Shown here in pieces: positions 9,618-18,745 of a stretch of 64,000 bases of DNA; position 1 is the stretch's first letter, and every line of letters starts with the position of its first letter. The notes beneath the pieces were generated by a model that saw only the letters and a program-made list of their open reading frames with translations, was not told where the DNA came from and made no database searches. A program made the translations under genes and the position numbers. The DNA comes from an uncultured Oscillospiraceae bacterium (GTDB lineage Bacteria; Bacillota; Clostridia; Oscillospirales; Oscillospiraceae), in the NCBI GenBank assembly GCA_902497145.1, contig CABVDR010000004.1:15459-79458 (forward strand), written 5' to 3'.

Positions 9618-10595
9618 TTAGTCCTTGCGCTGTTCAAACGCAAACAGGGCTTTTTGGCTATCCATACTAAACAGGTTCCTGCGGTCTACAATTTGGGTGG
9701 AAGTATCCACAATCGGCTCCATATCTGAGGTATGTCCGGACAGCAGATTATAGGCGCTTTCCACCCCCAGGTAGCCCATGGCGTAGGGGTTTTGGACGAT
9801 CAGCGCATCCACACTGCCCTCCTGCAGGCCGTCTACCGTGGCCACATTGGAGTCGAACCCCACAAGGAAAACGTCTGTGGAGAGTCCCAGGGATTCCACC
9901 GCATTGGCTGCACCCACACTGGTAGGTTCGTTAAAAGCCAGCAGGACGTTGATCTGGGGATATTTTTTCAGCAGGGCGGCGGTATCGGCCTGGGCGTGTC
10001 CGGCCTCCGCCAAGGTGTTGATCACCGAGATGATCTCGGCCCGGCTGCTCTGAGTAAAGGTGTCTACCGCACCCCGTTCCCGCTCCTGGCCGTTGGCGCT
10101 GCTGATGTCGTAGTTGATGATCCCGACCTTAAGAGTCCCGCTGATTCGGTCCAAGGCGGCCTGGGCCGCCATTTGTCCGGCGGCATAGTTGTCTGTGCCA
10201 ATGTAAGTGCTCACGGCATCGGAGGCCACGTTGCTGTCGATGGCCACGATTTTCAGGCCGGCCTGGGCGGCGGCGTCGATGGCGGCGGCGTTGTTTTCAT
10301 AGTCGATAGCGGAGAAAACCAGTGCCTCTGCTCCGGCCTGCACCGCGTCGGCCACCATCTGATTCTGGGATTCATAGTCCTCCTCCGTATCGGGGCCAAT
10401 GATACTCAGCTTCAGGTTGTACTCGGTGGCCGCAGCCTCCGCCCCGGCAAAGACGGACAGCCAGAACTCCGTCTGGGTGGACTTTGCCACCAGAGCCACC
10501 GAATGCTGTGTGGATGTAGGGGTATTAGAGGAGCAGCTGCACAGGACGGAAAGCGCGAGAACTGCCCCCAGGGCAAAGCATTTATTTCGCTTCAT
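9618..10595 (-). CDS. Sensor-associated sugar-binding lipoprotein (RbsB-like)
   Basis: Lipobox LCSC; YIGTDN, VGFD, VQNPYAMGY. Confidence 0.85.
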   Translation of the reverse strand: MKRNKCFALGAVLALSVLCSCSSNTPTSTQHSVALVAKSTQTEFWLSVFAGAEAAATEYNLKLSIIGPDTEEDYESQNQMVADAVQAGAEALVFSAIDYENNAAAIDAAAQAGLKIVAIDSNVASDAVSTYIGTDNYAAGQMAAQAALDRISGTLKVGIINYDISSANGQERERGAVDTFTQSSRAEIISVINTLAEAGHAQADTAALLKKYPQINVLLAFNEPTSVGAANAVESLGLSTDVFLVGFDSNVATVDGLQEGSVDALIVQNPYAMGYLGVESAYNLLSGHTSDMEPIVDTSTQIVDRRNLFSMDSQKALFAFEQRKD

Positions 10596-12300
10596 AAGTT
10601 CCCTCCTGAATCTTGGGCATGCGGATCTCCACACAGGTGCCTACATCCAGCTCGCTGGTGATGTGCAGACCGTACTGCTTGCCGAAGTAAATCTGAAGCC
10701 GGTCATTGACATTTTTAATGCCGATTCCGGTGCGGTCCTTCGGATCCTGATGGAGAATGGATGCCACCTGCTCCTCGCTCATGCCAACGCCATTGTCCTG
10801 CACGGTAAAGACGATGTCCTCCCCATCCGGATAGACCCGCACCGTGATGCGTCCCTCGTCCACCAGCAGGTCCAGGCCGTGGTTAATGGCGTTTTCAATG
10901 ATGGGCTGAAGGGTAATCTTATTGCAGTAATAGTTCAGGCAGGTGGGGTCTACATCAAATTCATAAGTAAACTGATTTTTATAGCGGTACTTTTGAATTT
11001 GGAGATAGCTCTCTGCGTGTTCGATCTCCTTTGCGATGGGGATGAGCTCGTTGCCCTTGCTGATACTGATGCGGAAGAGCCGGGCCAGGGCGTGGACCAT
11101 CTTCACCGCATCGGTGTTGCGGCCCTGCTCGCACATCCAGGCGATGGAGTCCAGGGTGTTGTACAGAAAGTGAGGGTTAATTTGGGCCTGGAGGGCTTTC
11201 AGCTCCGTTTTCCGCAGGTTGATTTCCTCCTCCCGCACGGTGGACATGAGCTGCTGGATACGCAGCACCATGTGGCCAAAGGAGTCAGACAGCTCCCGCA
11301 CCTCTCGGGTGCCGCCCACGGGCCGGTAGGTGAAGTGGTCGGCGTCGGTTTCAAAGCTCTCCATGGCGGAGGCAAGCCCGCGGAGGGGACGGCCCAGCAG
11401 CTGGGAGAGCAGGAAGCTGGTGAGCAGTGCGGCCGCCAGGACGACCACCGCCAGCAGACAGGAGAGCCGGATCATGTCCTGCACATTCCGGTTGACCAGT
11501 TCATCTACGTAGCTGACGCCGATGATCCGCCAGTCGCTGCCCTCCACACTGGTCAGACAGTAAATAACAGTGTCGTCTACATAGGTGCCGTCATCCAGAG
11601 CGGCAAGAGCGCTTGTATTCTCTGTTTTCAGTCCCGCATAGAGAAGCTGCTGCTGGGGATGGTAGACAATATTCCCCTCGTCATCCATCAAAAAGCAGTA
11701 GCCCCGCTGGCCAATGCTTACATTATTGATGTAGCTGGAGATGCTGGAGAAACTCAGGTCCAGGGAGACCCAGGCGGCCTCTCCCTGCTGGGAGAGAGGG
11801 GCGGTCATGGTGACCACCCAGGGGTAGTAGCTCTCAAAAATGGTCTCCACATGGGGGGCGGTCATGTAGGGACCGGAGGAATGGAGTGCTTTGTCCAGAT
11901 TGAAGGAAAGATTTTGATAGATGTGCTCCTTGGGCTGGCGGCCGGGGGACCAGCAGTCCAGCAGCGTGCCTTGGGCGGAGTAGCTGGTGACAGCTACCAC
12001 ATCGGGCCGAAACTGGAGAAACGCAGAGAGCAGCTCGTCCCGGCTGTCCTCGTTTTCCAGCATGGACTGTTCCACCAGTGCCATGGCCTGGTTCATGTCG
12101 GCTAAGTAGTTGCCCACCGTATTGGACACCTGGGAGACCGCCTGGGCACTGGTGGTGCGGGCGCTCTGCACCATGGCGCTGCGGTAGCGGTCCAGAAACA
12201 GGAAGATGCAGCAGCACAAGATGATCGCCACCACTCCCACTACCATGGCGACCAGGATGGTGGTGATCCGTACGCCGCTGCGGGCGACACCGCGCTTCAA
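10582..12300 (-). CDS. YesM-type sensor histidine kinase
   Basis: TM-Cache-TM-HAMP layout; LQAQINPHFLYNTL, QPIIENAINHG, DNGVG, GIGIKNV. Confidence 0.93.
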   Translation of the reverse strand: MKRGVARSGVRITTILVAMVVGVVAIILCCCIFLFLDRYRSAMVQSARTTSAQAVSQVSNTVGNYLADMNQAMALVEQSMLENEDSRDELLSAFLQFRPDVVAVTSYSAQGTLLDCWSPGRQPKEHIYQNLSFNLDKALHSSGPYMTAPHVETIFESYYPWVVTMTAPLSQQGEAAWVSLDLSFSSISSYINNVSIGQRGYCFLMDDEGNIVYHPQQQLLYAGLKTENTSALAALDDGTYVDDTVIYCLTSVEGSDWRIIGVSYVDELVNRNVQDMIRLSCLLAVVVLAAALLTSFLLSQLLGRPLRGLASAMESFETDADHFTYRPVGGTREVRELSDSFGHMVLRIQQLMSTVREEEINLRKTELKALQAQINPHFLYNTLDSIAWMCEQGRNTDAVKMVHALARLFRISISKGNELIPIAKEIEHAESYLQIQKYRYKNQFTYEFDVDPTCLNYYCNKITLQPIIENAINHGLDLLVDEGRITVRVYPDGEDIVFTVQDNGVGMSEEQVASILHQDPKDRTGIGIKNVNDRLQIYFGKQYGLHITSELDVGTCVEIRMPKIQEGTYEAK

Positions 12301-13574
12301 GTCCGCTCACCCGCCTTTTCCAAATCCAACCTGCGGCGCATGGCGTTGGGAGACTCGCCGCAGTATTTTTTAAAGCAGTAGCTGAAGTAATGCTGGTCGG
12401 TGTAGCCGCACCGCTGCGCTACCTCCTGAATTTTCAAAGGGGAGGAGGACAGCAGGTCCCGGGCGGCTTCCATGCGTTTGCGGATCAAAATATTGATAAA
12501 GGTCTCGCCAGCGTACTTTTTGATGCAGGCACTCAGGTGATTGGGGCTTACATCCAGCATACCGCTCAGGGAGACCAGGGAGAGGTCGGCATCCATGTAG
12601 TGCTGGTCCAGGGTGTCCAGAGCCCGCTGGCAGAGCAGGTTGCCTCCCTTGACGGCGGGGGCCAGATCGCTGATAAACTGGGCGCCCCCCTCTGTTCTGT
12701 CCCCCTGGCGCAGTGCCTCCATGGCCTGACGGTAGGCCTCGTGCAGGGCGGTGAGGGAGTGTACCGCCCGGCTCACGCCGATGCGGCAGCGTTTGTTCAG
12801 TACGCGGGAGGCCATCTGGGGGATCTCGTCGGCCAGGATATGCAGGTACTCCTCAAAATCAGAGGGGTTGCCCAGCAGCACGGAGATGACCTTGCCGGAG
12901 GCAAAGAAGGCCACACCCCGGAGATACTTGGCGGCCAGGGTGTTGATCGACGCGGCAAAGGAGGGATCCGTGCAGTTGGAGCCGTCCTCCGAGAGCAGGG
13001 TGGACACCATGACTGTGTAGTAGGGGTGGTCGTCTGCATCCCGCAGAAGGCCGCACTGCCGGGCATAGGCCTCCGCCTGGGGTTCCCCGTCCGGGTCGGG
13101 GTAGTCGTCCAGCACCAGAGGCATAAGCATAGCAGTGCGCAGATCCTGCTCGTCTACCCGGGGAGCGGCCTGGCGGAACAGGGCGAACTGGGCGTCGATC
13201 TTTTGGCGGATGTTGCGCAGCTCCGCCCCCAGACCCTCCAGGGTCAGCGGCTTGAGCATGTAGCTGATGATGTTATATTGGATCGCCTGCTTGGCGTATT
13301 CAAAGTCGTCATAGCCGCTTAAAAAGGCAATATTGGTGGCGGGACGAACCTCCCGCACCTGCCGGGCAAGCTCGATGCCGGAGATAAAGGGCATGCGGAT
13401 GTCGGTGAGCAGCAGGTCGGGCTCGTGTTTTTCCACCAACTGCAGGGCGTCCAGACCGTTGCTGGCATCTCCCACCAGGCAGAAGCCGTAGTCCTCCCAG
13501 GGAATCATGGTGCATACAGCTTCCCGAAGTTCGTCTTCGTCGTCGGCGACGATCACAGTATATAGTGCGGCCAT
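12297..13574 (-). CDS. YesN-type response regulator (REC + AraC HTH)
   Basis: ADDE, LTDIRMP, C-terminal GYTDQHYFSYCFKKYCGESP. Confidence 0.92.
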   Translation of the reverse strand: MAALYTVIVADDEDELREAVCTMIPWEDYGFCLVGDASNGLDALQLVEKHEPDLLLTDIRMPFISGIELARQVREVRPATNIAFLSGYDDFEYAKQAIQYNIISYMLKPLTLEGLGAELRNIRQKIDAQFALFRQAAPRVDEQDLRTAMLMPLVLDDYPDPDGEPQAEAYARQCGLLRDADDHPYYTVMVSTLLSEDGSNCTDPSFAASINTLAAKYLRGVAFFASGKVISVLLGNPSDFEEYLHILADEIPQMASRVLNKRCRIGVSRAVHSLTALHEAYRQAMEALRQGDRTEGGAQFISDLAPAVKGGNLLCQRALDTLDQHYMDADLSLVSLSGMLDVSPNHLSACIKKYAGETFINILIRKRMEAARDLLSSSPLKIQEVAQRCGYTDQHYFSYCFKKYCGESPNAMRRRLDLEKAGERT

Positions 13575-13835
13575 GGCAGTATCGTTCCTTTCTGTATCTG
13601 GAAAGTATCGAAGATTTTGATGCGGTTGGAATCTGTCCTGTCGTTCTCTGTATTCAATGGAATGGAGGAGAGGGATACTGTTTTATTGATGCTATTATAC
13701 CAGATAGACAGGGATCTCACAAATATTTCCTGCCAGGTTTAAAATGCATTTGGCCGGAAATGGGAAATAAAAACCCTGCCTGACGTCTTTCGGCGCGGCA
13801 GGGAGAGAAAAGAGAATAAATTGGAGAGCAAGCGA

Positions 13836-14429
13836 TCAAAAAGCCAGTTCCTCTGGCGGGATCTTGTCCTCTGGGGTGACGGGGCGGATGGGGCGGCAGG
13901 GAACTCCTGCGGCCACCACACCCGCCGGGATGTCCCGGGTCACCACGCTGCCCGCGCCGATGACGGAACCTTTTCCAATGGTCACGCCGCCGCAGACCAC
14001 GGCGTTGGCTCCGATCCAAACATCGTCCTCCAGGGTAATGGGCTTGGAGGTGCTGATACCTGTGGAGCGCTGCTCCGCGTCGATGGAGTGGCCCGCGCAG
14101 CTCAGACATACGCCGGGGGCGATAAAGGCTCCTGCTCCGATGTGCACGGGGGAGGTGTCCAGAATGACGCAGTTGTAGTTGATCACGGTCAGACCCTGGG
14201 TATGGATGTTGAAGCCGTAGTCGCAGTGGAAGGAAGGCTCAATAAAGGTAAGAGGGTGGCAGGTACCCAGCAGCTGCTGCAAAATCTCCTGCCGCCGCGC
14301 ACCGTTGTCCGGGGCAGTTTGGTTATATTCCCAGCACAGACGCTGAGCGTTGGCTTTGAGCTGAGCGGGGATATTCCGGTTCTGTCCGGCGTAGCCCTCA
14401 GGATTCTGTATAAGCTGGCGAAAGTCCAT
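13836..14429 (-). CDS. Sugar (maltose/galactoside) O-acetyltransferase
   Basis: FHCDYGFNI and hexapeptide repeats VWIGANAVV..GVTIGKGSVIGAGSVV. Confidence 0.9.
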   Translation of the reverse strand: MDFRQLIQNPEGYAGQNRNIPAQLKANAQRLCWEYNQTAPDNGARRQEILQQLLGTCHPLTFIEPSFHCDYGFNIHTQGLTVINYNCVILDTSPVHIGAGAFIAPGVCLSCAGHSIDAEQRSTGISTSKPITLEDDVWIGANAVVCGGVTIGKGSVIGAGSVVTRDIPAGVVAAGVPCRPIRPVTPEDKIPPEELAF

Positions 14430-14444
14430 GGGTGGATGACTCCT

Positions 14445-15131
14445 TTATTCCGAGGCTGCGTTGTTGGAGGTGGGCTTGGTCAAGTCCAGGCCGTGTTCGC
14501 CGATGTCCAGGGAACCGTCCTTCAGGGAGATGAAGGGGGAAAAGGACACCGTTTCGCCCTGATAAGTCAGTTCAATGGTGGCGTCGGGGAAGATGTCGCT
14601 GACGTTGCACTGAAGGATAAAGGGCTTACAGTCTGCCTCCTGATAGAACAGAGAGGATTCCGAAGTATTGAAGTCGTTGGCGTAGAGAGAGAGTTCCATC
14701 CCCTCATACCGGGGGATGATCAAGTAGTAGTCGCCGGAGGACAGGGAGTGGATGGGTACATCATCGCTGTCCAGGTATCGCTGCACATAGTAGTCCAGAT
14801 CCTCGATCTCCAGATAACCCAGATGGGCCACGGCGTAGCTCTGTCCGTCGGTGAAGGGGATCTGGTCCCGCTTGCTGGTCTGAGGCTGGGAGGAGCTGCT
14901 GGAGCCGGAGGGGTTGGTCGTGTCGCCAGAGTTGGCGGTGTCTGAAGAACTGCCGGAAGCGGACGGATCCGGTGTGCTGGAAGAACCGGAGCTGTCCGGC
15001 ATACTGGTGCTGGCGGAGCTGTTGGAATTGGATGGCTCAGCCGTGCTGGCAGAACTGGGCGTCTTGGGACCGCAGCTGGCCAGCAGCAGGCAGGTGGTGA
15101 GGGATAGCAAAAGAAGAGTCTTTTTCATCAT
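14445..15131 (-). CDS. Hypothetical lipoprotein with Ser-rich linker
   Basis: Lipobox LASC, about 60-aa Ser/Thr/Pro linker, acidic globular C-terminal domain. Confidence 0.8.
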   Translation of the reverse strand: MMKKTLLLLSLTTCLLLASCGPKTPSSASTAEPSNSNSSASTSMPDSSGSSSTPDPSASGSSSDTANSGDTTNPSGSSSSSQPQTSKRDQIPFTDGQSYAVAHLGYLEIEDLDYYVQRYLDSDDVPIHSLSSGDYYLIIPRYEGMELSLYANDFNTSESSLFYQEADCKPFILQCNVSDIFPDATIELTYQGETVSFSPFISLKDGSLDIGEHGLDLTKPTSNNAASE

Positions 15132-15341
15132 AAATACCTCTCAAAGTTGGTGCGCCAGACGGGCGCACAAAAATAGGGCGGTATAGTTGGGTACTTCATT
15201 ATAGCAAAAATCCGGGGGCGGAACAACGGAAGATTATATGACAAAAATCTTTACAGATCTTAAGACAGAGTAAAGCCCCACTGTAAATGGGAAATAGTAT
15301 ACTGACTCCTGTAACAAATACCAGATGATCGGGAGGCATTT

Positions 15342-15857
15342 ATGGAGTTCACCTGCAAAACCGTCTATGACCACAGGGCGCTGGCCGCCATGTCCAGGGC
15401 TCTGCGGAAAACGCTGCGAAAGAGAATCGACCGCGGGCTCAAGGTTTTTGCCGGAGTTGTGACCGTGATTGCGCTGATTACCATTTTGGATTCTGCACAG
15501 AGTCTGTGGGTGCGGGGCCTGTATGGAATTTTGGTATTTCTGATGCTGTTTGTACAGTGGAAGGGGGACTCCCTGAACGCCATCTTTGCCAAACGGAAGG
15601 CCTTGCCGGGGACAGAGGTATGCCGGGCCCGTTTTGTCCCGGATCACTATGAGACGGTGACCGCCGGTGCGGCGACTCAGTGGCAGTATGACAGAGTCTT
15701 GGCCCTGGTGGAGACGAGCCGGTATTTCATCTTCATCCTGGGCAGAAACCACGCCCAGGCCTTTGAGAAGCGCTGCCTGGAGCGGGGGAGCGAGGCGGAG
15801 TTGCGTACCTTCTTGGAGCAGAGAACCGGGAAAAACGTCCAATACATTGGACGATAA
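15342..15857 (+). CDS. YcxB-like membrane protein
   Basis: Two TM helices plus C-terminal W.Y.....ET..YF.F motif; RBS GGGAGG. Confidence 0.75.
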   Translation: MEFTCKTVYDHRALAAMSRALRKTLRKRIDRGLKVFAGVVTVIALITILDSAQSLWVRGLYGILVFLMLFVQWKGDSLNAIFAKRKALPGTEVCRARFVPDHYETVTAGAATQWQYDRVLALVETSRYFIFILGRNHAQAFEKRCLERGSEAELRTFLEQRTGKNVQYIGR

Positions 15858-15924
15858 CTTTATATTTCCAGAAAAAGGACAGTATATTTGTTGTTTAACA
15901 TGATGATCCTAATCTATACCTCAG

Positions 15925-15966
15925 AAACCTCGGCCGGGCAGCCAAAAGCCCCGGCCGAGGTTTTTT
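15925..15966 (+). terminator. Intrinsic terminator
   Basis: AAACCTCGGCCGGG...CCCGGCCGAGGTTTTTT. Confidence 0.8.
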
Positions 15967-16155
15967 ACCTGTCGGGGGAAAGCAGAGAAGCGAAGTGGGC
16001 ACGCAGCATAATCTGGATTCCTTTTAAAAGATGATTTTCGTCACTTTCTTCCCCATAAAAACCGGGGGAAACGGTGGCAGAACGTGTAAAGATATGATAT
16101 AGTAAACAACTGTTGTAAAGACTTCAAATCAAAAGATAAAGGGTGATGGGAAGTT

Positions 16156-17400
16156 ATGAGTCAAGAGAAAAACAGAACAAACAAAGAAGCCCAGGTGGAC
16201 GCCGACTATTCCCTGGAGGCGGTGCCGGAATCGGCCCGAAAGGGATTTTGGAATATGTTCTTCGTCATGCTGGGCTTTACCTTCTTCTCTGCCAGCATGA
16301 GCGTGGGCGCCAAGCTGGGCAACGGCCTGGACCTGTCCGGGTTCTTCTGGGCTTGTCTCATTGGCGGTGTGATCCTGTCCGCCTACTGCGGCATTTTAGC
16401 CTATATCGGCTCGGAGACCGGCATGACCATGGACCTGCTGTGCCGCCGCACCTTTGGCGAAAAGGGCTCCTACCTGTCCTCCGCCATTTTGGGCTTTACC
16501 CAGATCGGCTGGTTTGGCGTGGGTGTGGCTATGTTTTCCATCCCGGCCGCTGAACTGATGGGAGTCAATGAGTGGGTCCTCACCATCATCGCCGGCCTGC
16601 TGATGACCGCCACCGCCGCCACGGGTATGAAGGCGCTGGAGATCGTCAGCTATATCTCTGTGCCCCTTATTGTGATTTTGGGTATGTACTCCATGATTAC
16701 CGCTACCAGTGACGGCGGCGGTCTGGCCGCCATCTTTGCCCAGTCCGCCGGAGGCATCACCCTGATGACCGGCATCGGCTATGTCATCGGCTCCTTCATC
16801 TCCGGCGGTACTGCCACCCCCAACTTTATCCGCTTTGCCAAAAACAGCAAGATCGCCGTGTGGACCACCGTCATTGCCTTTTTCCTGGGCAATACCCTGA
16901 TGTTCTGCTTCGGCGCGGTGGGCGGCGCGTTCACCGGCAAGGATGATATCTTCTACGTCATGATCGCCCAGGGGTTGGCCATCCCCGCCCTCATCGTGCT
17001 GGGGGCCAACATCTGGACCACCAACAACAACGCCCTGTACACCGGCGGCCTGGCCATCTCCAACGTCTCCGGGGTGCGGATGAAGTTTACCACTTGGATC
17101 GCCGGTATCGTGGGCACCGCTCTGGCCATCTGGCTGTACTGGAACTTTGTGGGCTGGCTCAATATCCTCAACTGCGCCCTGCCTCCCATCGGTGTCCTTG
17201 TGATCCTGGACTTTTTGAAAAACCGCAAGAAATTTGCCGCAGGTGGTCAGACCACCGCAGTCAACTGGTTCAACATTGCCGGTATCGTGCTGGGTGCGGC
17301 GGTGGCCAACACCCTGCACTGGGGCATTGCGGCCCTGAACGCCATGATCGTGGCGGCCATCTGCTTCTTTGTGGGTGAACTGCTCCGGAAAGACCGGTAA
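16156..17400 (+). CDS. codB: Cytosine permease
   Basis: NCS1 motifs GFTFFSASM, QIGWFGVG, NIWTTNNNALY; adjacent to codA. Confidence 0.9.
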   Translation: MSQEKNRTNKEAQVDADYSLEAVPESARKGFWNMFFVMLGFTFFSASMSVGAKLGNGLDLSGFFWACLIGGVILSAYCGILAYIGSETGMTMDLLCRRTFGEKGSYLSSAILGFTQIGWFGVGVAMFSIPAAELMGVNEWVLTIIAGLLMTATAATGMKALEIVSYISVPLIVILGMYSMITATSDGGGLAAIFAQSAGGITLMTGIGYVIGSFISGGTATPNFIRFAKNSKIAVWTTVIAFFLGNTLMFCFGAVGGAFTGKDDIFYVMIAQGLAIPALIVLGANIWTTNNNALYTGGLAISNVSGVRMKFTTWIAGIVGTALAIWLYWNFVGWLNILNCALPPIGVLVILDFLKNRKKFAAGGQTTAVNWFNIAGIVLGAAVANTLHWGIAALNAMIVAAICFFVGELLRKDR

Positions 17401-17429
17401 CATAATTTGATAGAGAGGACGGAAAGGCT

Positions 17430-18668
17430 ATGCTGTTAAAAGAACTGCACCTGGGCAACGCCCAGGAGACGGTGGACATTCGGGTCACCGACGGGAAGTT
17501 TGCACAGATTGCTCCCAGCCTGGAGCCCATCCCGGGGGAGGAGACGATCACCGATTGCGCGGGCAAGATGGTGCTGCCCCCCTTTGTGGAGTCCCATGTG
17601 CACCTGGACACCTGTCTGACGGCGGGCCGCCCCCGCTGGAATCTCACCGGCACCCTGTTTGAGGGTATCCAGTGCTGGGAGGAGTACAAGCCCTCCCTCA
17701 CCAAGCAGGAGGTGAAGGAGCGAGTCAACAAGGCCATCCGCATGCAGGCGGCCAACGGCATCCAATATGTGCGCACCCACGTGGATATCAACGACCCTAA
17801 GCTCACTGCTCTGGAGGCCATCCTGGAGCTGCGGGAGGAGGTCCGGGATTACATGGACATCCAGATCGTGGCCTTCCCCCAGTACGGCATCTTGAGCTAC
17901 CCCAAGGGGGCGGAGCTTCTGGAGCAAGCCCTGAAAATGGGAGCCGACGCGGCGGGAGCCATCCCCCACTTCGAGTTTACCCGGGAGTACTCCGTGGAGT
18001 CCCTGAACATCTGCTTTGACCTAGCCCAGAAGTACAATAAGCTCATTGATGTCCACTGTGATGAAATTGATGACGAGGCCTCCCGGGGGCTGGAGACCCT
18101 GGCCACCCGGGCCTATGAGACGGGCATGAAGGACATGGTCACCGCCTCTCACACCACCGCCATGCACAGCTACAACAATGCCTATGTCATCCGCCTTATG
18201 CGCATCCTCAAACTCTCCGGCATTAACTTTGTGGCCAACCCCTGTGTCAACGTCCACTTGGGCGGCCGGGCCGACACCTATCCTAAGCGCCGCAGCATGA
18301 CCCGGGTGAAGGAGCTCACTGACGAGGGCATCAACGTCTCCTTCGGCTCCGATGATATCTTTGATCCCTGGAACCCCCTGGGCAATGCCAAGATGCGGGA
18401 CCAGGTCTTTATGGGCCTGTATACCGGCCATATGCTGGGCTATGACGAGATCGTCAACTCCTACCACTTTGTCACCACCAACGCTGCCCGCACCCTCCAC
18501 CTGGGGGATGACTACGGCATTGGGGAGGGGAAGGACGCCAACTTCGTCATCCTGGACGCCAAGGACTGGTACGACGCCCTGAACTACGATGCGCCCATCT
18601 TGCGCAACTACCGGAAAGGAAAACTCCTTGCCAGTACAGCTCCAGTAGAGTCCCAGGTATTCTTCTGA
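17430..18668 (+). CDS. codA: Cytosine deaminase
   Basis: ESHVHLD, VRTHVD, DVHCDEIDDE, SHTTAMHSY, DIFDPW.PLG as in bacterial CodA. Confidence 0.92.
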   Translation: MLLKELHLGNAQETVDIRVTDGKFAQIAPSLEPIPGEETITDCAGKMVLPPFVESHVHLDTCLTAGRPRWNLTGTLFEGIQCWEEYKPSLTKQEVKERVNKAIRMQAANGIQYVRTHVDINDPKLTALEAILELREEVRDYMDIQIVAFPQYGILSYPKGAELLEQALKMGADAAGAIPHFEFTREYSVESLNICFDLAQKYNKLIDVHCDEIDDEASRGLETLATRAYETGMKDMVTASHTTAMHSYNNAYVIRLMRILKLSGINFVANPCVNVHLGGRADTYPKRRSMTRVKELTDEGINVSFGSDDIFDPWNPLGNAKMRDQVFMGLYTGHMLGYDEIVNSYHFVTTNAARTLHLGDDYGIGEGKDANFVILDAKDWYDALNYDAPILRNYRKGKLLASTAPVESQVFF

Positions 18669-18684
18669 TTTCCTGAGAAATGCC

Positions 18685-18719
18685 ATACGCCGCAGAGCAG
18701 CTGCTCTGCGGCGTATTTT
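18685..18719. terminator. Terminator between convergent genes
   Basis: Perfect 32-bp palindrome ATACGCCGCAGAGCAG/CTGCTCTGCGGCGTAT followed by a T run. Confidence 0.8.
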
Positions 18720-18745
18720 CGTAAGGGGAATAAACTTGCTTATCC

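Noticed and set aside
4697..13322. Long + strand ORFs (4697-6451, 6518-7555, 8397-9503, 10399-12105, 12390-13322)
   Set aside because: Antisense shadows of well-supported minus-strand genes, expected with GC-rich codon bias; no motifs or RBS.
15858..16155. Possible riboswitch or PyrR attenuator upstream of codBA
   Set aside because: No PyrR-binding or purine-aptamer consensus seen; the hairpin is explained as the terminator of the upstream gene.
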